DNA of 64,000 nt from Octopus sinensis (taxonomy: Eukaryota), in assembly GCF_006345805.1 (NCBI RefSeq), contig NC_043014.1:54436001-54500000 (forward strand), read 5' to 3'. Below are positions 14,602 through 27,402 of this stretch, in pieces. The translations under genes and the position numbers were made by a program. The stretch's first letter is position 1; each line of letters opens with the position of its first letter. The notes under the pieces were generated by a model. The model saw nothing but the letters and a program-made list of their open reading frames with translations, had not been told where the DNA came from and did not search any database.

Positions 14602-15657
14602 ATGTTGGATCAGGTAATGAAGGTCACGGAGAGGGTCATAGCTCAACTAATAAAGGAGAGAGTCAGTTTAGATGAGATGCAGTTTGGGTTCGTGCCAGGG
14701 AAAAGCACCACTGATGCCATATTTCTGGTAAGACAGCTGCAGGAGAAATACCTAGCCAAAGGTAAGCCCCTGTACCTGGCTTTCGTTGACATGGAGAAAG
14801 CCTTTGGCAGGGTCCCCCGATCCCTTATCTGGTGGTCAATGAGGAACTAGGGATAAATGAATGGCTGGCGAGGACTGTGCAAGCCATGTATAGGGATGCT
14901 GTTAGTAAGGTGAGGGTGGGCAATGAGTACACTGAAGAATTCTGGGTAGAGGTAGGGGTCCACCAAGGTTCAGTCCTCAGCCCCCCCCCCTATTTATCAT
15001 AGTCCTCCAGGTAATAACAGAGGAATTCAAGACAGGATGCCCCTGGGAGCTCTTCTATGCTGACGACCTTGCCCTAATTGCTGAGTCACTACCAGAACTA
15101 AAAGAGAAGTTTCAGGTGTGGAAGCAAGGATTAGAATCGAAGGGCCTTAGAGTTAACCTAGCTAAAACCCAAGTCCTAATAAGTAGGAAGGCAGACAAAC
15201 CACAAATCCCTTCAGGTAGATGGCCATGCTCGATCTGTAGAAAAGGCGTAGGTAGAAACTCTATAAGATGTACCCAGTGTAAGCTATGGACACATAAGAG
15301 GTGCAGCAATATCAAAGGAAGGCTAACTGAGAAGATAGTTTTTGTCTGTGGCAGATGCTCAGGAGCAATAAACACTGAAAATGTGCAGAGAACAACTTCT
15401 GCCACATTCCAGGGAGGAAAACTAGATGTAGTTGATAGCTTCTGTTACCTAGGTGACCAAGTCTGTAGCAGGAGTGGGTGCTCTGAAAGTGTAGCTGTTA
15501 GAATAAGAATAGCCTGGGCAAAATTCAGAGAGCTCTTACCTCTACTGGTGACAAAGGGCCTCTCGTTCAGAATAAAAGGCAGACTGTATGACGCATGCGT
15601 ACAAACAGCCATACTACATGGTAGTGAAACATGGGCTGTGACTGCTGAGGACATGCG
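14602..15657 (+). mobile_element. RTE-clade LINE reverse-transcriptase fragment (disrupted)
   Basis: QFGFVPGKSTTDAIFLVRQLQEK, LAFVDMEKAF, GVHQGSVLS, LLYADDLAL, DSFCYLG; stop and frameshift near 14850 and 14990. Confidence 0.92.
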
Positions 15658-15829
15658 TGTGTGTATATATATACACATACACTAGAATACACATACAAAC
15701 TCACATAAATTATGCATCTACATGCACATACACACACAGCAGAATAAAAAGGATGAGTGACCAAATTGCAGTGAAGACACATCATCATCGTCATAATGAT
15801 AATAATAATGAAATTATTGTATACAGTGC

Positions 15830-16180
15830 TCAGGTGCACCACAACTTGTCAGAAAGTGCGTATAGAGTACATGCAGTAATGTACAAATGTCTGGAAAGCA
15901 AACAATGCATGAGTCAGATACATGCTTGTGTGTGTATGGAGGGGAGAAAATCAGGTGTAGTGTTGGCGAATCTCAGGAAGCATGGAAGTTTTGAAGGATG
16001 CAGTGCTCCGACAACTAACAACTGATGCCGGCAGTTTGTTCCATGCTTCAGCAACTCTGAGCGTGAAAAAATGTTTCCGAAAGTCATGGGAGCTGTGCTG
16101 TTTTCTGACTTTGTAAATATGTCCACGGGTGTTAGACGGGTGGAGTTTGAAAAGGTGCTCAGAGTTATTGTTTGTACGTC
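15830..16180 (-). mobile_element. CR1/L2-like LINE 3' end
   Basis: Minus strand resembles the CR1 ORF2 tail (HDFRKHFFTLRVAEAWNKLP...SFKTS) followed by a short tandem tail. Confidence 0.7.
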
Positions 16181-16815
16181 ACCACAAGACATTCGAAAGA
16201 GCAGAAAATAGATTTGTGTAGAAGAACAGAATGTTTCAAATTAGTCAATAGCTTTTCTTTATTTCATTAGATTTTTTGCTTTTTAAATTAAGAAATTCAT
16301 TAGAAGTAAATATAAGTGTCAAAGAGAGACAGTGAACATAAAAATATACACTCTATACACACACACACACTCACATGCGCACACACACACCACACACACA
16401 CAACACATGTATGAATTGCAATATCCACATCTTAGTTTGAACTGTTATATACACGTATATATACACACACACACGTGTATACATACAAAATATAAACACA
16501 CATATATAATATATAGACCATATACACACATGTAATTTATATACGCACACACACACACACTCAGATATACAAATACATTTATGTGTAGGCATCTCCATTT
16601 CAATCCTGATATAATATATATATCTATATATATATGCACACACACACATACAGAAATATATCCATCTATATGTCCGCAAGTCCTTTACAATTTTGCTTAT
16701 ATACACACATATGTATTTATATGTACATAGCCCCTTTTTCAAACCTGCTTCTTTACAAGCAAGATTATACATATACATATAATATAATATATAAATATAT
16801 ATATACATAAATATA

Positions 16816-16883
<68 letters not shown>

Positions 16884-17162
16884 CATACATATATATATAT
16901 ATAACTACTGTTATTTAATCATAAATAATAATAATAATAATAATAATAATGGTTTGAAATGGTGGCATAGGGCCAGCAATTTCGAGGAAGGGAGTAAATC
17001 AATTACATCGATCCCAGTTTTCAACCGGTCCTTTTTTTATCAACCCCAAAAGGATGAAAGGCAAGGGTGACCTTGGCAGAATTTGAACTCAGAATATAGA
17101 GGTGGACGAAATGCTGCTAAGCACCCTGCCCAGCATGCTAACAACTCTGCTAGCTCTTTGCC

Positions 17163-17202
<40 letters not shown>

Positions 17203-17361
17203 CAATAATAATAATAATATTAATAATAATAATAACAATAATAATAATGATAATAATAATAACAATAATAATAATAATGATAATAATATTAATAATATTG
17301 ATAATAATACTAATGTGTTCATAAAGTTTTTTGTCACAGATTTCTTGGAGAATTGCAGTTG

Positions 17362-17637
17362 TTAACTTTGTACAATCTCTTGGAGCACCTCGGTACTGGT
17401 CGTGATGTCCTGCAGATCAGTGCTCTGCACATCCAGCGTGGTTTCCCCCGCAGCTATTTGAGATGTCTCCTGAGGGGTCACATACTGAATCACAAACTGG
17501 TTTCCGGCAAGTTCCTGGTTTGCGTCCGACACAAGTACCTCCTGGCCTTCTTCTTGGACAATGATAGTGTCAGGGTTGACCGTAACCATTTGACCATTCT
17601 CTGATTGCACCGTTATTTGCTGCTGACCAAAAGCTCC
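17362..17637 (-). CDS. ZFAT: ZFAT-like coding exon 13 (terminal, TAA at 17362-17364)
   Basis: tttttccag| acceptor, phase 0; GAFGQQQITVQSENGQMVTVNPDTIIVQEEG...QEIVQS*; Q/V/acidic tail. Confidence 0.82.
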   Translation of the reverse strand, partial: GAFGQQQITVQSENGQMVTVNPDTIIVQEEGQEVLVSDANQELAGNQFVIQYVTPQETSQIAAGETTLDVQSTDLQDITTSTEVLQEIVQS

Positions 17638-17682
17638 CTGGAAAAAAAATATACATAAATATATGAGAAAGAAAAAAAAATA

Positions 17683-18068
17683 GGCGTAGGAGTGGCTGTG
17701 TGGTAAGTAGATTGTTTACAAACCACATGGTTCTGGGTTCAGTCCTACTGCATGGCACCTTGGGCAAGTGTCTTCTACTATAGCCTCGGGCTGACCAAAG
17801 CCTTGTGAGTGGATTTGGTAGACGGAAACTGAAAGAAGCCCGTCGTATATATGTATATATATATGTTTGTGTGTGTGTGTTTGTCCCCTCAACATCGCTT
17901 GACAACCGATGCTGGTGTGTTTACGTCCCCGTAATTTAGCAGTACGGCAAAAAGTGACTGATAGAATAAGTACCAGGCTTACAAAAGAATAAGTCCTGGG
18001 GTCGATTTGCTCGACTAAAGGCGGTGCTCCAGCATGGCCACAGTCAAATGACTGAAACGAGTAAAAGA
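17683..18068 (+). mobile_element. tRNA-derived SINE family A (other copies: 12011-12370 +, 18356-18697 +, 20039-20421 +, 33645-34105 -, 44413-44797 -, 51958-52345 -)
   Basis: Shared head ggcgcaggagtggctgtgtggtaag...ggttcagtcccactgc (A/B-box-like), central TA/TG microsatellite, aaaagagt tail. Confidence 0.85.
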
Positions 18069-20529
18069 GAGAGATATAACATGGAGCATCAGAACCGACA
18101 GAGTTGGTGGAAGATAGCAAAGGAAATTGATGGAAGACAGCTGTTGATGTGGAGGCTGGATGTGTAGGGAACTTAGGGGACTCACTGTTAAGAAGGGGAT
18201 TCAAGATTTGGGAGTGGTTGGGTGTTGGATGGAATGGTGGGTGAGGCAGATTGGTTTATGTTGAATAGGAGAAAAATTGACAAACAGTACTGGGCAGGCC
18301 ATTGCACACACACACACATATATATATATTAATGTGTGTGTGTGTGTCTTTATTATTCCGGGTTCAGTCCCACTGTGTGGCATCTTGGGCAAGTGTCTTC
18401 TGCTATAGCCCCAGGCCGACCAATGCCTTGTGAGTGGATTTGGTAGACGGAAACTGAAAGAAGCCTGTTGTATATATGTATATATATATATATATATGCG
18501 TGTGTGTGTTTGTCCCCCTAGCATCGCTTGACAACCAATGCTGGTGTGTTTACATCCCCATCACTTAGCGGTTTGGCAAAAGAAACCGATAGAATAAGTA
18601 CTGGGCTTACAAAGAATAAGTCCCGGGGTTGATTTGCTCGACTAAAGGCGGTGCTCCAGCATGGCCGCAGTCAAATGACTGAAACAAGTAAAAGAGTATA
18701 TGTGCAATGGGCTTCTTTTAATTTCCCTATTTCAGATCCACTCACAGACTTTATATCAGCTCCTTGATGTTTTGTAGAAAACATTTCCCCCAAAGTGCTG
18801 TCCACATTGAAGCTGAAACCCTGAAATTATTTGGTTGGGAAGCAACCTTCTAAATTGCACAAGTATGCCCACACCTGTAATATTTGAAATAAATAACTCA
18901 ACACCAAGCAGAAACAAAGAAGGCCACCATATATTTATTACAGCTGATACGTCAAACAATGAGCCCAGGGTTTTTTTTGAAAGTCTATCTCAGAGTATCA
19001 GGTTTACGCTGAGATCAAGTTGGGAGATAAAAATGTCGTTCTGTATCAGTTTTCCTTTGATGACATAAATTGGACAGATATCTATGTCAAGCAGTATTTT
19101 TACGGCTCAACGCTCTTCCTGTCATTGACCCATTCCCTGTTTTACATTCAAGGGACATATTATATAATCCCCTACTTCAAAAATATAGAGCTACATTCAC
19201 TGGGAATGTAAACATGACCCCATCGGGTTTGCTTTCTGCTCAGACAATCCCACGTTTAAACAACTTTGCCCTGCACGCAGCATTGCATCCTTTTCATTTT
19301 TTACATCGTTAGGCAAACACCTGTCCTTTCACTAATGATTACCTGTCTTTCCTGTTGAGGATCATCTCTTATTTCACATTTCTTCCGGCAAACATTTTAT
19401 TAACAATGACAACAATTTCACTGATTGTAACTCAGAAATTTTCAGACAGGCACAAATGTAAACAAACAAACACACACACACACATATTAATGACTGTCTT
19501 CTTTCATTTCTCACCAACGAAATCCATACTGAAGACTTTGGTTGGGGCAGGCCTAGAGATAAGACACTTGCCCAAGGTACCATGCAGTGGGACTGAACCT
19601 AGAACCCATGTAGCTGGGAAGCAAACTTCTTAACCACACAGCCACTCCTATGCCTATTGTGTGTGTGTGTATTTTTTCTTCTTCACACTCTCATTGTGTG
19701 TTTGTGTCTGTGTATCCTTGTCTTGATATTGTCTGACAGTTGTAAATGAGTGTCACTATCATACAAGCAGTGTTGTTCATTTCCGATATTCTGCGAAAGC
19801 TTGTCTGACCACAAGGGAAATATTACCATGCAGCCATGCCTACACGCACAATGAGCTTTCATGGAATTTCTATTTATTGGTTCTAGTAACAAGATATTGG
19901 CAACAGAAGGTGAAGGAGTGTCACTCATTTCATTTCCAATCTTGCACAAAAACATGAGAAGATACGACCTAACTTAAAAAACAGACGACGGGTGGCAACA
20001 GAAAGGGCACTCAGCCGTAGAAAATTTCCCACAACCCAGGCGCATAGAGTGGCTGTGTGGTAAGTAGCTTGCTTACTAACCACATGGTTCCGGGTTCAGC
20101 CCCACTGCGTGGCAACTTGGGCAAGTGTCTTCTGCTATAGCCCCGGGCCGACCAATGCCTTGTGAGTGGATTTGGTAGACGGAAACTGAAAGAAGCCTGT
20201 CGTATATATGTATATGTATGTGTGTGTATGTGTTTGTCTCCCTAGCATTGCTTGACAACTGATGCTGGTGTGTTTACGTCCTCGTCACTTAGCGGTTCGG
20301 CAAAAGAGACCAATAGAATAAGTACTGGGCTTACAAAGAATAAGTCCCGGGGTCGATTTGATTGACTAAAGGTGGTGCTCCAGCATGGCTGCAGTCATAT
20401 GACTGAAACAAGTAAAAGAGTAACCCATGTCAGCATGGAAAAGCAGGCACTGAACTGTTGGTATATGTATGTACGTGTGTGTGTGTGTGTGACAGGAAGG
20501 TATGTGCATTCCTGAATGTCTTTGTGTAC

Positions 20530-20560
<31 letters not shown>

Positions 20561-20697
20561 GGTGAGAGCGTGCGCAAATAAGTATTTTTGTCTTAGTGCA
20601 TGTCTGTGCATATATGCGTATGTATGAACGTGTGTGTGTGTGTATGTGGGTGAAAGAGAGAGAATGGTTGAGTGTAGTCAACCAGGAAAATGTTTAC

Positions 20698-20777
20698 CTG
20701 TTGCGACATGTCAATGATGTGTTGTAGAATGTTCACAGCTGAAGCAGTTTTCTCATCTAACTCTTGAGGGGCCGGAA
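20698..20777 (-). CDS. ZFAT: ZFAT-like coding exon 12
   Basis: ttttctgtag| acceptor, CAG|GTAAAC donor, 80 nt; VPAPQELDEKTASAVNILQHIIDMSQQ matches the recalled ZFAT C-terminal motif AVNILQQII. Confidence 0.85.
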
Positions 20778-21237
20778 CTACAGAAAAAAAAACCCCAATT
20801 AATTGCCATTAATGGAAATTACAACAAAAGAAACACAATTAAAACATTAATTAACAAGAAACAATCAAGATAGAGTCTGCTAATCAAAGTTTTTACACGT
20901 CTGTTTTCATTGAACAAAGACTCTCCAATTATACCACATACTGAAGACTCACCCTGTACAAAACAGGGGGGGGGTATATTCTGGGTGGGTACTGGACTCC
21001 CCCACCACTAAAGAAAGATGTTAAAGTTTAAAATTTTCTTTGTAATAAAGACATGCACCTGCCTACAACAGGTGATCAAACCAACCCAAATGTAACAGAG
21101 ATGACATGAATACTATAAAAACGAAGAAAAATTTCATCTTCAGAGATCAAAAAATTACAGTTTTGATTTTATTAACAGCAGTTCGTCTTCTTCGTTTAGG
21201 TGTTTAATTAATAAAGAAGTTATAATTGAATTTTTAC

Positions 21238-21289
21238 CTGAATTTGTTTCCTCAGAATATAGAGGGGGTTCATCACTAACTTGGAAAAC
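21238..21289 (-). CDS. ZFAT: ZFAT-like coding exon 11 (52-nt small exon)
   Basis: tctcttcag| acceptor, CAG|GTAAAA donor; VFQVSDEPPLYSEETNS; needed to bridge phase 0 to phase 1. Confidence 0.75.
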
Positions 21290-21832
21290 CTGAAGAGAAA
21301 CAAGAAAAAAAAAAAATTGAGAAATGGCAAATGTTGGTTACTTTGATAAATGTCAAAGAAAATGATTCTTTGAGGACACCTACCCCATCTCCCTCTATTC
21401 CTTTAATCTCTCATCAACTAGCACAAATCTGGCCCCTGGCCTTACCAGCTCCTATCAAACCACCCAACTGATACCAGCTTGGAAAATAGACATTAAATGA
21501 TGATAAAGAATCCAAATCCTACCATAGTTGATTCACCCTTTCATCTTTACAGGTTTGTTGATGGTGTTACTGTTTAACCCTAGGTAAAACACCTCATGGA
21601 GCAGAACTCGCTAATTTGAGGAAATAGACACTAAATGATGACCATGATGATGATGACGATGATAATAATAATAATAAGGGTCTAATCAATTACATTGGCA
21701 GGTGTTCTATGAACATTTTAAGGATGAAAATCCAAGTTGATCTTTCTAGAATTTGAACTTGGAACATTATGATTCCTCATTTTCAAATGAATATATATAC
21801 ATACACACACAGACTAATTATATATATATATA

Positions 21833-22245
21833 TTTATTTATATTATATAGAGGGCATTATTACACATAAATGCTGCACGCTAGGAGGGACTCTTAAAGTC
21901 AAAACTACCAAAATATACATATCGTACCGAATGCAAGTCATTTAAAAACAGAATTTAGCTGCATATCACCAGTGATTTCGTAATCAACGCAATGGCTGCG
22001 TCCCTTACTCATCAGTGACAGCGTGATTCAAGATTTATAATCAGTGGTGATCTGCAGCTAAATTCTGTTTTTAAATGACTTGCATTCGGTACGATATGTT
22101 TATTTTGGTAGTTTTGACTTTAAGAGTCCCTCCTAGCATGTGGCATTTATGTGTAATAATGCCCTCTATATAATATAAATAAGTATATTCAAGTGGAAAA
22201 AATTTACAGATTTTTTTCTCTTATGAGGTTTTTCACGCTAACTAC
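21833..22245. mobile_element. Foldback Penelope-like terminal fragment with ~145-bp inverted arms
   Basis: 21833-21977 is the near-perfect reverse complement of 22039-22183; hammerhead core in the spacer. Confidence 0.7.
21958..22022 (-). ncRNA. Type I hammerhead ribozyme motif (Penelope/retrozyme-like)
   Basis: Minus strand: GCTG(T)CA CTGATGA gtaa-ggg-acgcagccattgcgt-tga-ttac GAAA TCAC tg GTGA TA TGCAGC; intact core, stems I, II and III pair, AUA cleavage triplet. Confidence 0.8.
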
Positions 22246-22339
22246 TTGATTGATTGATTGATGATTGATTGATTGATTGATTCTAGTTTCAGCTTATGAG
22301 CTGTGGCCATGCTGGGGCACCGCCATTTGGTGTTGCTAC

Positions 22340-22665
22340 TTGGCTTCACTTCATGGAGGCTTTCTAGCAACTGCTATTTGGTGCATGAGAGAGTTCGATG
22401 CAGCTGCCCTCGTCTGCCCCTCCTGTCGTGAAGTTGGTTCATCTGGGACACCTGACAGGAAGAGATCCAGCTTCATTTTAAAGACATCTGTATCCACCCC
22501 ATGCAGGTCTCTCAGGTTCTTCGGGAGGATATTGAAGAGCTGTGGGCCTCGGAAGCCCAGGCTATCACAGAATCTTGTCCTACATCTTGATGGCAGGTTT
22601 GGAGTCCTAGGCACCACGCAGTGGCGCCCAGTTCTGGCATTTGCGTAACTCTCGATGCCAAATTT
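22340..22665 (-). mobile_element. CR1/L2-like LINE 3' fragment
   Basis: GPQLFNILPKNLRDLHGVDTDVFKMKLDLFLSGVPDEP is a typical non-LTR ORF2 C-terminus; (CAAT)n tail at about 22245-22280. Confidence 0.7.
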
Positions 22666-22801
22666 CTTATGAAGATTTTATCCTATTTTTAAATTATATA
22701 TATATATATATAGACACAAACACACATATATATATATAGACACACACACACACATATATATATAGAGAGAGACACACACACACACACACACATATATATA
22801 G

Positions 22802-22832
<31 letters not shown>

Positions 22833-22868
22833 GACACACACACACACACACAATATATATATATATAG

Positions 22869-22907
<39 letters not shown>

Positions 22908-22908
22908 G

Positions 22909-22942
<34 letters not shown>

Positions 22943-23133
22943 GTATATATAAAACACACTCACACATTTACACACACACACTTGCATTGGAGTAGGGTTG
23001 CTGCTCTGCTCAGCCAATGCGGAATTCTCTGTATTCATTACACAAAATCCAGCACATACACACACACACACACATACATAGAGGCAAAAAAAGGCAGTAG
23101 ATTAAGGCAAAAGCGAGCCGAACAGAAACTCAC

Positions 23134-23473
23134 AAGTTCAGAAGCTGTTATATTCTCCAATGTCTGAATGTCTTGCACTTGGACGTGGTGCCTGACCTTT
23201 AGATGCCGCTTCAAGTCGGACAGATTGCCAAACAGATAATCGCAGCTGAGGCATCGGTAAACGCGAGAATCCGAGGAATTGTTTGGTTTCTCGACTGGGC
23301 TGCTGTTGCTGCTTGTGTACTGCAGCCCTTTATGGTTGCGTGTGTAGTGGACCTTCATGTAGCCCAGGGTATTGGCTGAATAATCACAATGGTGGCACAC
23401 AAACCGCTTCACTATGTCGTGAGTTTCCATGTGGCGTTTCAAGTGACTCCTTTGTGTTGCTTCATAAGGGCAC
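23134..23473 (-). CDS. ZFAT: ZFAT-like coding exon 10 (last C2H2 fingers)
   Basis: ttccccag| acceptor, |GTGAGT donor, 340 nt (phase 2 to 0); CPYEATQRSHLKRHMETH...YRCLSCDYLFGNLSDLKRHLKVRH. Confidence 0.93.
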
Positions 23474-24011
23474 CTGGGGAAAAAACAAACCAAAGAAAAA
23501 TATATATATAAACACATATATACAAGTGGGGTGCGGAAATGTTCCTGGTTTTGGGTAAAAGAAAATACAGGAAGATCAGTTAATTACGATTTTATTTAAC
23601 ATAGGCGCAGGAGCGGCTGTGTGGTAAGTAGCTTGCTCATCAACCACATGGTTCCAGGTTCAGTCCCACTGCACGGCACCATGGACAAATGTCTTCTAAT
23701 ATAGCCTCAGGCTGACCAAAGCCTTGTGAGTGGGTGTACCCTTGTCATATAATGATTGCAAATGAGCATCACCATTGTCCAAGCATTGCTGTTTGTTTCC
23801 CGTCTTCCATAGTGAAACTATTTCTTCGCCTGGAAACAGCTGTCTATCAAATCCACCACTCAAAAAGGCTTTGGTCACTTCTGGATTATAGTAGAAGACC
23901 CTTGCTCAAGGTGCTCTGCAATGGGAGTGAACCTGAAGACACACGGCTAAGAAGCAAGCTTCTTGACCACACAGCCATGCTTGTGGGCCATAAAAACTAA
24001 CCAATACTCAC

Positions 24012-24291
24012 TTGTCACACTTGAACAGTTTTCCGTCTTTGTGGGAACGGACATGCCACCTCAAGGCAGTCTTTGATTTGTAGGCCTTGCCACAGTCGTT
24101 GCACATGAACGGTTTCTCGTTGGAATGCCGTAGCATGTGCGCTTGCAAGTTATTCTTACTGCGACAGGCGTGGGGACAGAGGGGACATCGGAAAGGTTTG
24201 ATGCCCTCGTGGATCCAAATATGTTTTCTCAGCTCAGAGTTGGCACGAATAAATACTCGTTCACAGTATGGGCATTTATAAGAACGACGAC
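24012..24291 (-). CDS. ZFAT: ZFAT-like coding exon 9 (C2H2 fingers)
   Basis: tttgtag| acceptor, |GTGAGT donor, 280 nt; YKCPYC...ELRKHIWIHEGIKPFRCPLCPHACRSKNNLQAHMLRHSNEK matches recalled ZFAT HIWAHEGVKPFKC...RSKSNLKAHMNRHSTEK. Confidence 0.95.
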
Positions 24292-24778
24292 CTACAAAAG
24301 AATGTTGCAACATTTACAATATTATTGGACAATCATTTTCAAATGTACAATTCTAAACAATGGTTACATGGACATTACATGCAAAATATATATATATATA
24401 TATACAAATTGAGATAGGGGTTGCAAATTCAACCTTCCATGGGATAACATATATTTGTTTAACCTTAATGTTCTTATGTAGTGGTTCAATAAAGTATGTG
24501 ATTGGGTATTATCTGGTAGTTGATTAATGATTTAGATATATTGGCGTTAGGAAGGGCATCTAGCCATAGAAACATTGCCAGATCAGACTGGGCCTGGTGC
24601 AGCCTTCTGGCTTCCCAGACCCCAGTTGCACCGTCCAACCCATGCTAGCATGGAAAGCGGACGCTAAACGATGATATGATATGTGTATGGATGGGTGTGT
24701 GTGCAGATGTATTTATTAATATTACATGTATATATATATGTGTGTGCATGTGTGTACACATTTATGTATGTATGCACA

Positions 24779-24817
<39 letters not shown>

Positions 24818-25151
24818 ATGTGTATGTTAACTCACATGGGTATGGGTAGACAAATTGGATAAAAAGTACTCAATAGAGTGAGTAGAGTATATTTACACTT
24901 TCAAAGATAAGGTTTCCTAAAGACATTATGGTGTGGTGGACACCCCCAAGTGAGAAGTGGGCTATTTCACTACTGATAAATAATGAACAGACACAGCTTA
25001 ACTCTATTTATTTATTTATCTATATATGTATGTGTATATATATATATATATATGCATAGAGTAAAGAACCCCTTTGGTCATGAACTACCACAATTATCAT
25101 AACAACATAAAAAAAAAGTAGAAAAGAAAAAAACTGACAGATAATACTGAC

Positions 25152-25255
25152 CCATTTTCCTTTGAATTCGGTGACCAAGTCCAGTTATTCGCTGAACTTC
25201 ATCCTTGCTCATCTTTGGGTGCTTTATAAGAATATGATTGCGTAACCTTTTCAAA
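25152..25255 (-). CDS. ZFAT: ZFAT-like coding exon 8
   Basis: cttttcttaaag| acceptor, G|GTCAGT donor, 104 nt (phase 2 to 1); NLKRLRNHILIKHPKMSKDEVQRITGLGHRIQRKM completes the finger begun in exon 7; absent from the ORF track. Confidence 0.88.
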
Positions 25256-25609
25256 CTTTAAGAAAAGAAGGAAAAATAAAATAATTTTAAGCTTTAACAT
25301 AGCACACCTATAATATCTGCTATTTCCTTCAAAGAACACACATGCAACCACACATATATACATATGTTAAGAGTGTCCATAAATCATCTTTATAGTTTGG
25401 ATACAATTTAGAAGAAAATAATGATAGCTGAGCATAGTTTACTGGGAAACAATTCGAAACAACAGAACCCTTCCACATGGATTCCATTTGTTGTGTGTAA
25501 CCTACTGAATTATCCTGATTATATTTTTGTATTCTGAATTTTTCAAATTACGGAGATGTACTCGCATAGCAAGTGATTTGATCTGAGATCGTTTGCTGAA
25601 ACGAAAACA

Positions 25610-25805
25610 ATTGCAGCGTGGAAGGTGTTTGTAAGCCATTTAAGAAACACATCTCTGAGAGATGCAGCACGGATTTTTGTCAGTGAACAGGTCGCGGTCT
25701 TAAAGTGACGAAAATATTTTGACAAATTAAACTTAAATGTTGAAGTGAATCGAATGGTTTTTGTGTGTTTCTTAAATGGCTTACAAACACCTTCCACGCT
25801 GCAGT
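25610..25805. repeat. Inverted repeat (~42-bp arms) enclosing a degenerate hammerhead-shaped motif
   Basis: tgcagcgtggaaggtgtttgtaagccatttaagaaacaca versus tgtgtttcttaaatggcttacaaacaccttccacgctgca. Confidence 0.75.
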
Positions 25806-26072
25806 TAATGTTTCAAATGTTTAAAGGGTAATTTCTGTATTTTACCTTTATGCAAACAGTCTCTGAGCACCTAAATGACATTCGTGATTGTATTTTAAAT
25901 AAATAAATTCGAAAATAATTTTCCTAAAGCACCTGTGACGAAAGGAAAACTATTTCAAATTTTATCCAGGGCAGGCATGTTTTGAATGCCCCTGCAAGGA
26001 GGAAAATGAAACAAAAAGGGAAGGGGAGATAATCACGTCTGCTAAGCCATCTCGAATGTATTTCTTACTCAC

Positions 26073-26286
26073 TTTTCAAACTTCTCGTGACACTCTGGAC
26101 ATTCCAAGCCTGACACTCCCCGATGTTTGAGCTGATGGTTCCAAAGCTGTGTCCGACTAGTTGCCAGAAATTTGCACTCTTTACAAGGGAACGTAATTTT
26201 ATCGTGTTCCCGCTCAATGTGTCGCTTGAGGTTATCTCGAGTAATGGCTCGATAGTCACACACTTCGCACTGGAAAGGTCGGTCCC
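26073..26286 (-). CDS. ZFAT: ZFAT-like coding exon 7 (C2H2 fingers)
   Basis: ttgcag| acceptor, |GTGAGT donor, 214 nt (phase 1 to 2); GDRPFQCEVCDYRAITRDNLKRHIEREH...CPECHEKFE. Confidence 0.92.
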
Positions 26287-27402
26287 CTGCAAGAAAGGAA
26301 TGCGTTAAAAATTGACACCAACAAAACAGGGCTTTATTTTAATTGTCCAGATGCAATGAAACAAAAGTTGAACAAAAACAAAATTTTAAAAATACCTAAT
26401 GTAAAAAAAAAAATTATAATAATCATTAAAAGCTACAGAAATTGTATTGAAGAATCAAGTTAATCCATTCGGATTATCCTCTCAATCAAAATGCTTATTA
26501 ATCCACATGGTTTTGAATTATTCATGCATCTTCTTGTAGCACGGAGATCTCGATGATGTGATTGTTTATTTCTAGAATAACATTGTAGGGTAGGTGTGAG
26601 GGGTTGGATCTGGTCAATTTGAACATTAAACAGAATATTTAGGATGGATGGGTATATTGAAGCAAGGATGTAACATAATGAGCACCCGTAGCAGTATATG
26701 AAACTAACCCCCAAAGGAATAAGGTGTAGGGGGTGCTTTTTACGTGCCATTATTTATATTTCATACACACTTTAGACAGGGGCATAGGTGTAGATGATGC
26801 ATAAGCAAAGGCATGGCTGTGTGGTTGAGAAGAGCCTGCTCCCCAAGCATGAAGTTTCAGGTTCAGTCCCACTGCGTGGCACTTTGGCCAAGTGCTTTCT
26901 ACTATAACCCCAAGCTGATCAATGCCTTGTGAGTGGATTTGGCAGGTGGACTAAAAGAAGTCCATCACATATGCGTGCATATGTGTGTGTGTGTGCATGT
27001 ATGTGTGTCCTTGCCTTGACATCAATTATAGGCATCACTGCTATACGAGTGATATTGTTTGTTTTCAAGGCTTCTGTGAAAAACAAGTCTGGTCCTGGGG
27101 AAATATTCCCTTGCTTGGAAACAGGTGAAGGTTGGTGACAAGGAGGGCACCCAGCCAACAATTTCTGCATGACCCATGTGAGCAGAGAAAAGTAGATGTT
27201 AAAAATATGATTAGATTGAATTTAAAATTTATGGATAATTAAATAAAGTAAGTATCCTGCTGAAAAATGCACGGAAATCTTGGACGCAATGCCCCAACAT
27301 GGTCACAGTCCAATGATTGCACAAAGCAATCCGATATGTCACCAACCTTCATGGTTTGTATTAAATTCGTTTTAAATTAATAAAGCATAAAAAATGACTT
27401 AC

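Noticed and set aside
15116-15685. Cys-rich CSIC...CTQC...HKRC...CGRC motif as a host PHD-finger gene
   Set aside because: Lies within the RTE LINE ORF between RT motifs; not a separate host gene
17089-17365. Poly-Asn/poly-Leu ORFs
   Set aside because: (AAT)n microsatellite in the probable 3'UTR
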